DNA from: a virus | Lineage: Duplodnaviria; Heunggongvirae; Uroviricota; Caudoviricetes | Virus record (IMG/VR): IMGVR_UViG_3300028887_000066 | Coordinates: 32,001-96,000 of that record | Strand: one strand, 5' to 3' | Length of the DNA stretch: 64,000 bases | Shown here: one piece after another, positions 37,584 to 47,580 of the stretch | Layout: each line of letters opens with the position of its first letter | Position numbering within the stretch: the first letter of the stretch is position 1 | Translations under genes and position numbers: made by a program | Notes under the pieces: model-generated | Told to the model about the DNA's origin: nothing | Databases searched by the model: none | The model's input: the letters and a program-made list of their open reading frames with translations, nothing else

Positions 37584-40500
37584 ATGGAAAACGAGGTCAA
37601 GAAAATACCCCAAGAAGTAATTGAACAATTCCTTAACGGCGATGACCCGATGGAGCGTATTGTGAACTTGGACTATAAGTACCAAGACAAATTCATCACT
37701 ATCTTTTATAGGAATGAAGAGGATCAAAAATGCACAAGGCAAGAATCATTTTACCCATTTGTATGGGCTACAAGAAAGGCTTGTGAAAGGCTTTGTAATG
37801 GTGATAGGGCAAAACTTAAATCACTGATGAATTATTATCGCATAGGCGTTAAAAAGCTTAGTAATATATCAATCGACAGCACTATACGCGAAGAATTTGA
37901 GGATGGTTATATGTTCATGTTTTTTGCGAAAGACCCTATGTCGTATACGGATTTTCTGAATTTCTTTAAAAAATGCGAAAACCCCATTTATTCGGATTCT
38001 AAAGATAAAAATGGCGATAACAATAGTAGCAGGGAAAAACAATATCTTATTGTCACGCCACAAGAACAATTCCTGATTGCAACAGGAAAACGTTTTTTTA
38101 AGGGATATGACGATTATGATGAAGTCCTTAGAATGACGTTTGACTTGGAGACAACGGGTCTTAATACTAAAACCGATAAGATAGAATCTCTTGGTATCAG
38201 GACTAACAGGGGATTTCCTGGCCGTCCAAACGGCTTTGAAAAGATTTTCACCGTTACAGGAAATACGGAAGAGGAAAGAAGAAAATCAGAGCTTCAAGTA
38301 ATCGATGTAATGTTCAGAATCATCTACACCTTTAAGCCTGATGTTATTACGGCGCACAACGGTGAAAACTTTGACTGGCAAATAATCATTGATGCCTGTG
38401 AACGTCTTGGAACATCAATAGAGGAAATGTCATCAAAATACTTCAATGGTGAAAGTGTAAGAAAAGATAAAAAGGAATCCATCCTAAAACTTGGTGGCGA
38501 AATTGAGGTGTATCGTCCTACGATAGTACCGTTTACAACCGTGACAGATTCTCTTCATGCCGTAAGGCGTGCGCAAGCCATTGATTCTAATATGCAAAGG
38601 GCTGACTTGAAATATGCTACGGAATATGCAGGTCTAAAAAAGCCTAATCGTGTATATACGCCAGGTGAAAAGATCAGTGAGATTTATAATGACACGGTAA
38701 ATAAATATGCATTTAATAACCTTGACGGTGATTGGTATATCTATGATCCAAACAGCGAAAACGGAATAAAGAATGAATCTGATTTTTCAAGTCATGATGA
38801 ATATACCAAATATCTTCAGTCAATTAAAGGAAAGCAAGATGATAAACCATTTAGAATGCATACGAGAAATGTATTGTTAGATGGTTATGAAATAGTTACT
38901 GGAAAATATATCATTGAACGTTACCTTTTGGATGATATATATGAATGTGACAGGGTTGAATGGAAATATAATTCTACTAATTTCCTTATCTGTAAAATGC
39001 TTCCCGTACCATATAAAAAATGTACAACAATGGGTACGGCTGGACAGTGGAAAGCCCTGATGATGGCGTGGTCGTATAAATTTGGGCTTGCAATACCCCC
39101 GTTAAAAGACACGCAATCATTCACGGGAGGTCTTTCCCGTCTTTTACGTACAGGCTTCGTAGATAATGTAATTAAACTTGATTACAACAGCCTTTACCCA
39201 TCCATCATTCTTACTTGGGGTATATCAGATACAAACGACCTCATGAATTCAATGCTTTCTTTCCTTGAATATGTACTTACTACCCGCGAAAAATACAAAG
39301 GTGAGAAGAAGAAAGCAGATAAGCGTATTGATGCTCTAAAAGGTAAAATCAAGGATAAAACGGCCACACAGGAAGAGGTTGAAGAATACAACAAGGCCCA
39401 AGCGGATTATGCATTAGCCGATGGAAAACAGGCTCAAATGAAGGTTCTTGGAAATTCATTCTTTGGTTCATATGGTGCGTTGGTCGGTGCTATGTTTCCT
39501 TGGAAATCGGCTAAATGTGCAGAACAGACAACATGCACAGGCCGTCAGTCCCTTCGTCTAATGATTAGTTATTTCAGCACCATTAGTAGTAGATACGGGC
39601 TTGATGATGAAGATTATAATTATCAGCCTATAGTTGGTGATACCGACGGATTCAACTTTAAATTGCCGAAGAAGCATCGATACACAAAGGAAAATCCGTA
39701 CATCGGGAAAGGCTCAAACCGCGAGGTTAAACTTGGCAAAGAATATTCGGGATATGAGGCAGATGTGGCAGAGTTCAATGACCTGTTTATGAATAAGGTA
39801 TACTCTCCAAACGGAGTTCAGAAGATGGGACTCGGAATAGACGAGGTGGTTTCTTCGACCATTAATTTCTCCAGAAAGAACTATAGCGACCATTTTCCTG
39901 ATAATCCATTCCCGAAGGATGTAAAACTCGTCGGAAATACGATTAAATCAAAAAAGATGCCTGAATATATCGCAAAATTCCTGTCAGTCGGAATCAGGCA
40001 GCTTCTTCGTGGTGAAGGGCAGGCATTTCTTGATGGTTACTATGATTATATAGAGAAAATTTATAACTACAAAATCCCTCTCAGGGAAATCGCCACAAAG
40101 GGTAAGATCAAGAAAAGTATCGAACAATATCTTAAAGACGTAAAGGAGATAACGAAAGCTGGCCGCCCAAAATCTCGGCAGGCTTGGTATGAATTAGCAA
40201 TTAAGGAAGGAATTCATGTCGATAACGGCGATACTATCTATTATGTAAATACAGGTACATCGAAGTCACATTCAGACGTAAAAAAAGTAACTCACTATTT
40301 GGATTCCAACAGGAATGATATTACCAAGGATATTGAGAAAGAATACAAAATCTATCATAAATCAGGTAATAAAAGCAAATCTGATTGGCTGAAAGATACA
40401 CATCCCAATGTTACTGTGGAAGAGGAAATCATAATGAATTGTAAGCTTGTTCCTCGTAATATTATTGACAGTGACGATGATATTTTCTGCGACGAGGAAC

Positions 40501-41072
40501 TTGAATACAACACGGCAAAATACATTGATATGTTCAATAAACGTATCACTCCATTGTTAGTGTGCTTTAGTCGTAGTATTCGTGATGATATTCTTATCAA
40601 CAATCCTAATGATAGGAAATATTTCACAAGGGAGCAATGTGTACTTGTCTCAGGAGAGCCTAATAAACCAAGTGATCAGGATACGTATGAACAACTGATG
40701 ACTATGGAGGATAAGGAAATACGGTTCTGGACTAAATACAATATGATTCCACCATTCTTGGAAGAATGCAGAATGGGTAAATGGGAAGATATTGTAAAGG
40801 ACTATGAAGAAAGAATGGAACGCGATAAGCGTCTTGGTATTGATAAGGATAGGGAAACCATTACCGAAATCATTGACAAATTGTCAAACCAAGAAGTCAA
40901 TGACTTTTTGGATGATGGCGTGATACCAACGGCCATTCTAAGGATTGCCGACCTTAATCCTGTCAAATTCAGCCTTATGTCTAAAAAATATCCCGATATT
41001 GAGCTTGTTTCATTGAATGATATTATTGAAAAGCTTGAAAACAGGGAGATATTAGATGGTGAAGCCGCATAA
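37584..41072 (+). CDS. polB: family B DNA polymerase
   Basis: Exonuclease motifs FDLETTG and HNGENFD; polymerase motifs LDYNSLYPS, KVLGNSFFG and VGDTDG. Confidence 0.96.
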   Translation: MENEVKKIPQEVIEQFLNGDDPMERIVNLDYKYQDKFITIFYRNEEDQKCTRQESFYPFVWATRKACERLCNGDRAKLKSLMNYYRIGVKKLSNISIDSTIREEFEDGYMFMFFAKDPMSYTDFLNFFKKCENPIYSDSKDKNGDNNSSREKQYLIVTPQEQFLIATGKRFFKGYDDYDEVLRMTFDLETTGLNTKTDKIESLGIRTNRGFPGRPNGFEKIFTVTGNTEEERRKSELQVIDVMFRIIYTFKPDVITAHNGENFDWQIIIDACERLGTSIEEMSSKYFNGESVRKDKKESILKLGGEIEVYRPTIVPFTTVTDSLHAVRRAQAIDSNMQRADLKYATEYAGLKKPNRVYTPGEKISEIYNDTVNKYAFNNLDGDWYIYDPNSENGIKNESDFSSHDEYTKYLQSIKGKQDDKPFRMHTRNVLLDGYEIVTGKYIIERYLLDDIYECDRVEWKYNSTNFLICKMLPVPYKKCTTMGTAGQWKALMMAWSYKFGLAIPPLKDTQSFTGGLSRLLRTGFVDNVIKLDYNSLYPSIILTWGISDTNDLMNSMLSFLEYVLTTREKYKGEKKKADKRIDALKGKIKDKTATQEEVEEYNKAQADYALADGKQAQMKVLGNSFFGSYGALVGAMFPWKSAKCAEQTTCTGRQSLRLMISYFSTISSRYGLDDEDYNYQPIVGDTDGFNFKLPKKHRYTKENPYIGKGSNREVKLGKEYSGYEADVAEFNDLFMNKVYSPNGVQKMGLGIDEVVSSTINFSRKNYSDHFPDNPFPKDVKLVGNTIKSKKMPEYIAKFLSVGIRQLLRGEGQAFLDGYYDYIEKIYNYKIPLREIATKGKIKKSIEQYLKDVKEITKAGRPKSRQAWYELAIKEGIHVDNGDTIYYVNTGTSKSHSDVKKVTHYLDSNRNDITKDIEKEYKIYHKSGNKSKSDWLKDTHPNVTVEEEIIMNCKLVPRNIIDSDDDIFCDEELEYNTAKYIDMFNKRITPLLVCFSRSIRDDILINNPNDRKYFTREQCVLVSGEPNKPSDQDTYEQLMTMEDKEIRFWTKYNMIPPFLEECRMGKWEDIVKDYEERMERDKRLGIDKDRETITEIIDKLSNQEVNDFLDDGVIPTAILRIADLNPVKFSLMSKKYPDIELVSLNDIIEKLENREILDGEAA

Positions 41073-41077
41073 AAACG

Positions 41078-41120
41078 AAATGAGTGAATTGATATTTGTT
41101 ATCAGTCCACTCATTTTTTT
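41078..41120. terminator. bidirectional terminator
   Basis: AAATGAGTG..TGAT/ATCA..CACTCATTT with a T-run, between convergent genes. Confidence 0.75.
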
Positions 41121-42688
41121 TATATGGAATATTTTGTTACTGTCTTTTTTTCATATAAATAATTACTTTTAATTTCATTGTAGGTCAACGGTTCTGAATA
41201 AATTTTGAATGAGCTTATGTCCCCCACAAAACTACCCGCAAAATTCTCCTCCAACGGAAGCACCTTATTAAAACGGGCTTCATTGTTAAACCACACCATA
41301 TCACACAGACCCTGGGTTCCTCCGCCGATTGATATACTAAACGGAACCATTTCCTGTTTTGTATAATATTCATCCAAACGTGTGAAACTGAATTCATCCA
41401 TTTCTTGCGAAACAAGTTTTAAATAGCCATTTACGTAAATATATATTTTCATCTTCCTCGTACTCTTTGGCAAACCGCAATCATCAAGGTTTCCATTAAG
41501 GATTTGGAATCTTATGTGTATTGTTGACCATTCATTTTCTGATATGATATTAGGAAACGTTTTTTCTTCCTTGATAGACCATCCGTTTTCAGAGTCACAG
41601 TCTTTTACAAGATACCTGTACCCAATGCTATAATCATCATTAAGCTTCAAAGCAAAAGCATTATTCATTGTATCTTTCATTATGTCATACTTGGCATATC
41701 CTGTTTGACCGCTTAATGTGGAAATGTAACTATCTATTGTATCAACCGTATATCCGCTTTTTGTGTGATTCATCAGAAGAAACATATTTTCATCTATGTC
41801 ATTTCTTTCCATTTGAAGCACCACATCTGTATTTTCATCCCAAGTATCTACGGTGAAACCGTTTTTTGTATGATTGAACAGCAGATATTTGTTATCTGTT
41901 TCGATTTCCTTTAATGGAATTTTGGAAATATCATTACCTTCTGAATCAGTGATTGTCACCCCTGAATACATTATATCTTCCGTATATCCCGAAAGTGTTC
42001 TATTTGGATAATTTGAAATGTCCGCTCCGTTAAGTATAGCAAACTTATTTTCGGCTCTTGCGCCCATGTAGAAGAAAATACCGCTGTTATTCGGATGTAC
42101 AGAATTAAGTGTATTTCCCGACACAATGTATTTGTTCGGTCTCATGGTAAATTCCACATGCATCGAATTATCTATATATTGGGGCAGAATCTGATAGTCA
42201 AAGCCATCCATCATAAACACACCCTGTAAAAATCCGCCTTTTAATGAGATATACTTGTGTCTAAAATATTCATAATCATATGAATATTGTTTTGTATTTC
42301 CATCTACAGGAAATACGTGCATTTTTGTATCTCCACTTGTAAACGTCAAGCTTGACTTTGTTAATATATTATATAATTCGTCGTCTGTTATTGTATCCTT
42401 GTTAAACTTTAACAGACCATTGTCAATCCCCGTCAGACCAATATCCTTCAATTCAACACCATCATTATACGCCCCGTCCCACTTATAATTATCAAGTGAG
42501 ACAAATGTATCCCCACTTACACATTCATCTAAGGTGAAATTGATGTATCCTGACAAACCATTTTCTGTAAACTTGTCGGTAACGGCAATATCATCTGGAT
42601 TGCTTTGTGTAAGTACAAAATCATAATATCTATCTCTTATTGTAATAAGGAGATGCTTGAATTTCTTGTATTTGTTGAGAATGGACAT
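41120..42688 (-). CDS. putative virion protein with concanavalin A / LamG-like fold
   Basis: VEFTM..GIFFYMG..WSTIHI..IYIYVNG..ISIGGG..F.GDISSFKIY..PL pattern; TATTTATC upstream at 42712-42719. Confidence 0.55.
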   Translation of the reverse strand: MSILNKYKKFKHLLITIRDRYYDFVLTQSNPDDIAVTDKFTENGLSGYINFTLDECVSGDTFVSLDNYKWDGAYNDGVELKDIGLTGIDNGLLKFNKDTITDDELYNILTKSSLTFTSGDTKMHVFPVDGNTKQYSYDYEYFRHKYISLKGGFLQGVFMMDGFDYQILPQYIDNSMHVEFTMRPNKYIVSGNTLNSVHPNNSGIFFYMGARAENKFAILNGADISNYPNRTLSGYTEDIMYSGVTITDSEGNDISKIPLKEIETDNKYLLFNHTKNGFTVDTWDENTDVVLQMERNDIDENMFLLMNHTKSGYTVDTIDSYISTLSGQTGYAKYDIMKDTMNNAFALKLNDDYSIGYRYLVKDCDSENGWSIKEEKTFPNIISENEWSTIHIRFQILNGNLDDCGLPKSTRKMKIYIYVNGYLKLVSQEMDEFSFTRLDEYYTKQEMVPFSISIGGGTQGLCDMVWFNNEARFNKVLPLEENFAGSFVGDISSFKIYSEPLTYNEIKSNYLYEKKTVTKYSI

Positions 42689-42711
42689 CTTATTTTAATT
42701 TTACCATATAT

Positions 42712-42739
42712 GATAAATATCAAGCATCAAGTATTTATA
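42712..42739. promoter_or_regulatory. divergent late-type promoters
   Basis: TATTTATC on the minus strand (42712-42719) and TATTTATA on the plus strand (42732-42739), each pointing at its gene. Confidence 0.6.
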
Positions 42740-42757
42740 TAATAAAATGGCTAATTT

Positions 42758-43399
42758 ATGCGAAAAGTAATATTTACTGAAAGCCAATTGAAGAAAATAT
42801 TAGGTGAAAATTTCGATACATACCTCCCAAAAAAAGATTATGCCGAAGAAAATCCGAACAATGCATATGGCACGCAAGTATCTCTTACAGGTAAGGATTC
42901 AAAGGGAGATCCGATAGATACCGTTGCAACAGACAGGATTGCAAAGTCTAGGACACCATCTATCGGACGTTTCAGGAGAATATCAGAAAATGATGAACTG
43001 AATGAGGAAAATCAGGAATTGGTTAATCATGAGTATAATCTTGGAATGAAAATGAACGGTCAAATAGATACTATGGCCGCACAGAACCCCAATGATAAGC
43101 TGCTTCAAAATATGAGCAATGACAAAAATATGAAGCACGGTACGGCAAAGAAGCGCAAACACGACCTTGAGGTAATGAAGGATGAAGACCCTGTACGTTT
43201 TCAGTCAATAAATGGCAATAACATACTTAGTGGTATTAACAGAAAGTTAAAAAACGATATGGATGCATCAAAAAGCCACAAGGAATTCAAAAAAAATGTA
43301 TTGGGATATAGCAATGCATTCCAAAAAGAAGGTGGCCACAAAAATGCATCGGGAACGGCACATACGAATAATAACATTACCGTAACATATGAAAACTGA
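42758..43399 (+). CDS. hypothetical protein (possible head-internal protein)
   Basis: 213 aa; N-terminus KVIFTESQLKKILGE. Confidence 0.7.
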   Translation: MRKVIFTESQLKKILGENFDTYLPKKDYAEENPNNAYGTQVSLTGKDSKGDPIDTVATDRIAKSRTPSIGRFRRISENDELNEENQELVNHEYNLGMKMNGQIDTMAAQNPNDKLLQNMSNDKNMKHGTAKKRKHDLEVMKDEDPVRFQSINGNNILSGINRKLKNDMDASKSHKEFKKNVLGYSNAFQKEGGHKNASGTAHTNNNITVTYEN

Positions 43400-43450
43400 A
43401 AAGGGTTTTCTGTTTACAATAAATAAAAGACATTTAATATTATAATAGAA

Positions 43451-43831
43451 ATGGGAAAACAAAGCAGACTTGAGTTTGAAGCTCTTAATAAAAGGCACGA
43501 GCTTCAAGTAATATCTGACTATCAGAAAGAAGTTAACGAATATAGCGAAAGTCACAAGGATGCAATGAGTGACGGTGATCCCCTTGGTAAAGGTACGGGC
43601 GTGTCTATGGGCTTCAGTATTCCTGGACAGACCACTAATAAGGGTATCAATTATTCAAACATCGATACTACAAAAGGCGGCGGACAATATGATATTGAAG
43701 GTCGTGACGGTGTAGGTGGCGGACGTAACTATTCCGCAAACATAAACCTCTACAACAGTGAGAATTCATACGGTTCTGATTCCGTCGATACAAGCGCAAA
43801 TGTTGCAGAGGGACAATATATCGTAAAATAA
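43451..43831 (+). CDS. hypothetical Gly/Asp-rich protein
   Basis: 126-aa ORF in a co-oriented operon. Confidence 0.7.
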   Translation: MGKQSRLEFEALNKRHELQVISDYQKEVNEYSESHKDAMSDGDPLGKGTGVSMGFSIPGQTTNKGINYSNIDTTKGGGQYDIEGRDGVGGGRNYSANINLYNSENSYGSDSVDTSANVAEGQYIVK

Positions 43832-43845
43832 ACTAAGGATTCGAT

Positions 43846-44700
43846 ATGTCTAAAGGCTACGCGGAACTGATATTGGAGTCATTGCTGAAGGAGGAGGCAA
43901 TGCAAGCTGACGTTATTGACGCTATCAAAAAAAGATACGAAGTCGGCATTAACTATGTGTCCGACAAAACGTCAAAAGGCAGCGGATACCGTATTATTCA
44001 GCCCGTAGCCTATGGAAAAACAACGTCAGGAAACTTGGTTATACGGGCATTCCAACCATATGGTGATACAAAGACAAAAACACCGAGTTGGAAAATGTTC
44101 AGGCTTGATAGGATTGAAAATTGGAAGCCGATGAAAAACAAACGCTTCAAAGAACCGCCATCCACTGATGGTGATATTCTTGGAAAGTTCAATCCAAACG
44201 GTGACAATACGATGTCTGAAGTCTACCTTGTGGCTAATTTCCACGGAATGAGAAATGATGCATTGATCAAATATAATCAAAAACGTCATGCTGAAAAGGT
44301 TGCGGCTGATCCGTATTATGATTTTAAACGTAACATAAAGAAAGCGCAAGACGGTAACAAAATTGATTATATAAGGAAAAATGTGGAAGATTGGCAGAAA
44401 AGTGCGGCGGCGGCAGAATTCAGGAAAGGAAACGGTCAATCTGTATATGATATGTCCCGTGTCCATAACTTTGGTGATGATCAGGAAACACAGACGGTAG
44501 GCCCTGTAAGGAAGGGTAATGCGGACATTGCCCCACAGCAGCAGCCGAAGCAAATGAATTATACTGCGGCCCTTAATAATGGCCCGTTATATAAGCAGAA
44601 CATTCAGCAGGCAGAGACTGATACTGATGAATACGAAGATTCACAGACAGATGCTGAAAACGCATATATTGAAAAAGATGAATTAAATGGACGGAAATAA
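43846..44700 (+). CDS. stand-alone WYL-domain protein with low-complexity tail
   Basis: AIKKRYEVGINY..YRIIQPVAYG..IRAFQ..WKMFRLDRI; no HTH domain. Confidence 0.8.
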   Translation: MSKGYAELILESLLKEEAMQADVIDAIKKRYEVGINYVSDKTSKGSGYRIIQPVAYGKTTSGNLVIRAFQPYGDTKTKTPSWKMFRLDRIENWKPMKNKRFKEPPSTDGDILGKFNPNGDNTMSEVYLVANFHGMRNDALIKYNQKRHAEKVAADPYYDFKRNIKKAQDGNKIDYIRKNVEDWQKSAAAAEFRKGNGQSVYDMSRVHNFGDDQETQTVGPVRKGNADIAPQQQPKQMNYTAALNNGPLYKQNIQQAETDTDEYEDSQTDAENAYIEKDELNGRK

Positions 44701-45271
44701 ATTTGAACACATAATGGCTAATGCCCAAAGGCTGATGCTCGACGAGGAATTTAACAGAAAAGTCGAGTCAAAGGCCGCATCGTTTGCTGGAAGAAAAAGC
44801 AGCGGTGTTTCCGATATGTCATCTCTTGAACGACAGGCATTTGGTTCTTCATACGAAGAAAAGCCAATACAGATGATACAAGTTGAGGATAACGGTTTGG
44901 ACGACAAGCGTTTCTCAAAACTTCCTGCTGCAATTAGGGAATCATTCTCTAAAACTCCGCCTCTCACAGGACAGGATAACAGCGTAATGGGACGTATGAC
45001 AAATAACTTGTCAATAAATGAGCAATCAATCGAACCTAAAAGAACTTCAACACCTATTGGGAATGGAAGTGGAATTGATTATAGCCTTATCAAAGCCATT
45101 ATAGATGAAAGTGTGAGAAGAAACCTTAAAGAAATGAGAAATGGACTGCTTAACGAGAATGTTATCAGGGGTATGAAAATTGCAAAGGGCAACAAAATAC
45201 AATTCCTTGATTCGGCGGGCAATCTTTATGAAGGTGTTCTTACACTAAAAAAGAAGGCGGGCAAAGCGTAA
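44687..45271 (+). CDS. hypothetical protein
   Basis: 194 aa; SKLPAAIRESF motif; followed by a terminator at about 45303-45335. Confidence 0.7.
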   Translation: MDGNKFEHIMANAQRLMLDEEFNRKVESKAASFAGRKSSGVSDMSSLERQAFGSSYEEKPIQMIQVEDNGLDDKRFSKLPAAIRESFSKTPPLTGQDNSVMGRMTNNLSINEQSIEPKRTSTPIGNGSGIDYSLIKAIIDESVRRNLKEMRNGLLNENVIRGMKIAKGNKIQFLDSAGNLYEGVLTLKKKAGKA

Positions 45272-45388
45272 CTTTTTTCTTCATACTATACTAATATTTT
45301 TTCCTGAAGCGATTTTATGTTGCTTCAGGTTTTTTTATGTTTACTTTGATGAAAACATTTTTTATATTTCTGAAAAAGCCAATTACAA

Positions 45389-46636
45389 ATGGATGGAAAT
45401 AAAATAAAAATATTAGTAGTACAGACCGATCATGTCGGCGGTGTGGGTTTCTACAGGTCTTTTCAGCCTCATCAGTATATTACCGCTAATTACGGAGATG
45501 AGTTTGAAATAGCCTACAATAGTGACCCTGATTGGGCTGATAACGCCTATTTTGAGCAGTTTGATATTATTCACGTGCATAAAGGAATATTCCCCAAAAT
45601 ACAGGATTTCTATAAGCAAATAATCCACTTGAAAGATACTAATACCGTAACGGTGTTGGATCTTGACGATTCTTGGGAACTTTCAGAAGCTCATCCTAAC
45701 TATCTCATCCAAAAACAATACAAACTTGATGAATTAGTCGTTACGGGGATAAAGCTTTTCGACTATATCACAACGACCACATCAAAATTTGCGAAAGAAA
45801 TCTATAAAATAAATAAACACGTATTTGTCTTACCAAATGGCATTGATCCTAATGACGACAGATTTAAATTAGATAAACCTGTGTCTGACAAACTGAGGGT
45901 TGGTTTTATTATGGGTTCGCATCACGAAGCAGACATTAAGCTTCTTGACCGCTTCATCTTGCAAATACCTGAAGAGACAAGGAAAAAGATACAGATAGTA
46001 TTATGTGGTTTTGATCTCAATGGTGTAGCAAGAATCATCGACCAAAACACAGGTCAGGTACAACAACGACCTATAAAGCCTAAAGAGACCGTTTGGTATC
46101 GTTATGAGGTAATGCTTACGGATAATTACAAAATATTATCTGATAAATACAAAAGGTTTCTTGAAATGTTCGTGAAGAATCTTGACTACCCTGAAGCCGA
46201 CGAAGAGGGTTATAAAAGATGTTGGACTAAAGACATTAACCATTACTATAGTCATTACAATAATATTGACGTTTTATTGGCTCCACTGGCAATCAACAAA
46301 TTCAACCATGTAAAATCAGAATTAAAGGTTGCCGAATGCTGTTTCTCGGATACGGCACTTATTGCATCCGATTACGGCCCATATAATCTTGTGCTGAAAA
46401 ACGCTTGGGATGAGAATGGGCAATTTAACCCCGAAGGAAACTCAATACTGATAAATGAGGAGAAGAATGCTACTGATTGGGCAAAGGCAATTACGATGTT
46501 AGCTGAAGACAGGAACAAATTAGATACATTAAAAAAGAATATACACGATGACTTCTGTGACAAGCTCAGTCTTGAGTCAATTACGAAGAAAAGAATAGGT
46601 TTTTATAAGGAGATATTAAATTACACATCGAAATAA
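45389..46636 (+). CDS. GT-B glycosyltransferase (GT4-like)
   Basis: GVGFYR..P, DLDDSW, VLPNGID, RVGFIMGSHH..D and DVLLAPL..FNHVKSELK motifs. Confidence 0.88.
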   Translation: MDGNKIKILVVQTDHVGGVGFYRSFQPHQYITANYGDEFEIAYNSDPDWADNAYFEQFDIIHVHKGIFPKIQDFYKQIIHLKDTNTVTVLDLDDSWELSEAHPNYLIQKQYKLDELVVTGIKLFDYITTTTSKFAKEIYKINKHVFVLPNGIDPNDDRFKLDKPVSDKLRVGFIMGSHHEADIKLLDRFILQIPEETRKKIQIVLCGFDLNGVARIIDQNTGQVQQRPIKPKETVWYRYEVMLTDNYKILSDKYKRFLEMFVKNLDYPEADEEGYKRCWTKDINHYYSHYNNIDVLLAPLAINKFNHVKSELKVAECCFSDTALIASDYGPYNLVLKNAWDENGQFNPEGNSILINEEKNATDWAKAITMLAEDRNKLDTLKKNIHDDFCDKLSLESITKKRIGFYKEILNYTSK

Positions 46637-47235
46637 TGAGAATTTGTATTACATTAGATGATGTCATCAGGGCTAAAACGACTCAAATAGGAAAAATCTA
46701 CAAAAAGTATGTAAACAGCGACATTGACCTTGAGGCACTCGAATTCAACACAACTGACTATGCTGATATTTTCGGTTTTGAAAGTTTAAGTGAATATCAG
46801 GATTTTCTCTATAATCTCTATTCATATGAGATTTTTGCTGAAGCTGGAACAACAGAAAAGCTTATAGACAAAAAGTTCAACTTATGGCATATGAAGGTAA
46901 CGGAGGACGGCGAATATGACGAGCCTGTTGATGTGTTCATCGCAAACCCATTTGAATTTAACAACTCTATAGGCTATACTTGCTTTTTTCTGTCAAAAAT
47001 AGCAACAAGAATCAGGGAGATATATTTTCCCATGAATTCGTCTACTATTTGGGACAAATGTGATGTACTTATCACGGCAGAGCCTAAATTGCTTGAAAAC
47101 AAGCCAGAAGGGAAAATAGCAATTAAAATAGAAATGCCTTATAATAAGGAATGTCAGTCAGATTATACATATAGTAAGTTATCTGAATTTTTAGACGATA
47201 ATAACATTATTGAAAAACTCATTAATAAAGAATGA
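46636..47235 (+). CDS. 5'(3')-deoxyribonucleotidase-like HAD-fold protein with degenerate catalytic motifs
   Basis: MRICITLDDVIR (usual DxDGV) and CDVLITA (usual DD), followed by ..PYN. Confidence 0.6.
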   Translation: MRICITLDDVIRAKTTQIGKIYKKYVNSDIDLEALEFNTTDYADIFGFESLSEYQDFLYNLYSYEIFAEAGTTEKLIDKKFNLWHMKVTEDGEYDEPVDVFIANPFEFNNSIGYTCFFLSKIATRIREIYFPMNSSTIWDKCDVLITAEPKLLENKPEGKIAIKIEMPYNKECQSDYTYSKLSEFLDDNNIIEKLINKE

Positions 47236-47561
47236 TAGACTTAAACGGTAAAAAATACTACATCGACATCAAAAAGGTGTTCGAAATGATAGAATACTCA
47301 ACTAAAAATGAACGAAAGGAGACCGAAATTACCGATGGTTACGAATTTGATGAAGATGAAAAGAAACTTACGCAAATTAGTAAAATCGTACACGAATCAA
47401 AGTTCCCTCCTGAGTCACAAACAGACAATATCAGATACGATTTTTTGAAGATGTTAGTAGGAATCGTTATCGGAAACGAAGATACCACACCTGATATTGG
47501 TACTGAAATTTGCATAAATTCTTTAATTAAACATGGAATCCTTGTTGAATGGACTAACTAA
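47232..47561 (+). CDS. hypothetical protein
   Basis: 109 aa; translationally coupled within the GT operon. Confidence 0.7.
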   Translation: MIDLNGKKYYIDIKKVFEMIEYSTKNERKETEITDGYEFDEDEKKLTQISKIVHESKFPPESQTDNIRYDFLKMLVGIVIGNEDTTPDIGTEICINSLIKHGILVEWTN

Positions 47562-47580
47562 TAATTAAAAAAACTTAAAA

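Noticed and set aside
38693-38702. 10-nt match (CACGGTAAAT) between the orphan RNA and polB as a guide target
   Set aside because: Too short to exceed chance in 64 kb on two strands, and the segment lies inside the predicted scaffold.
37584-41072. Intein or intron in the long PolB
   Set aside because: The ORF is continuous, and I saw no C-terminal HN-[CST] junction or LAGLIDADG motifs; the extra length looks like ordinary insertions.
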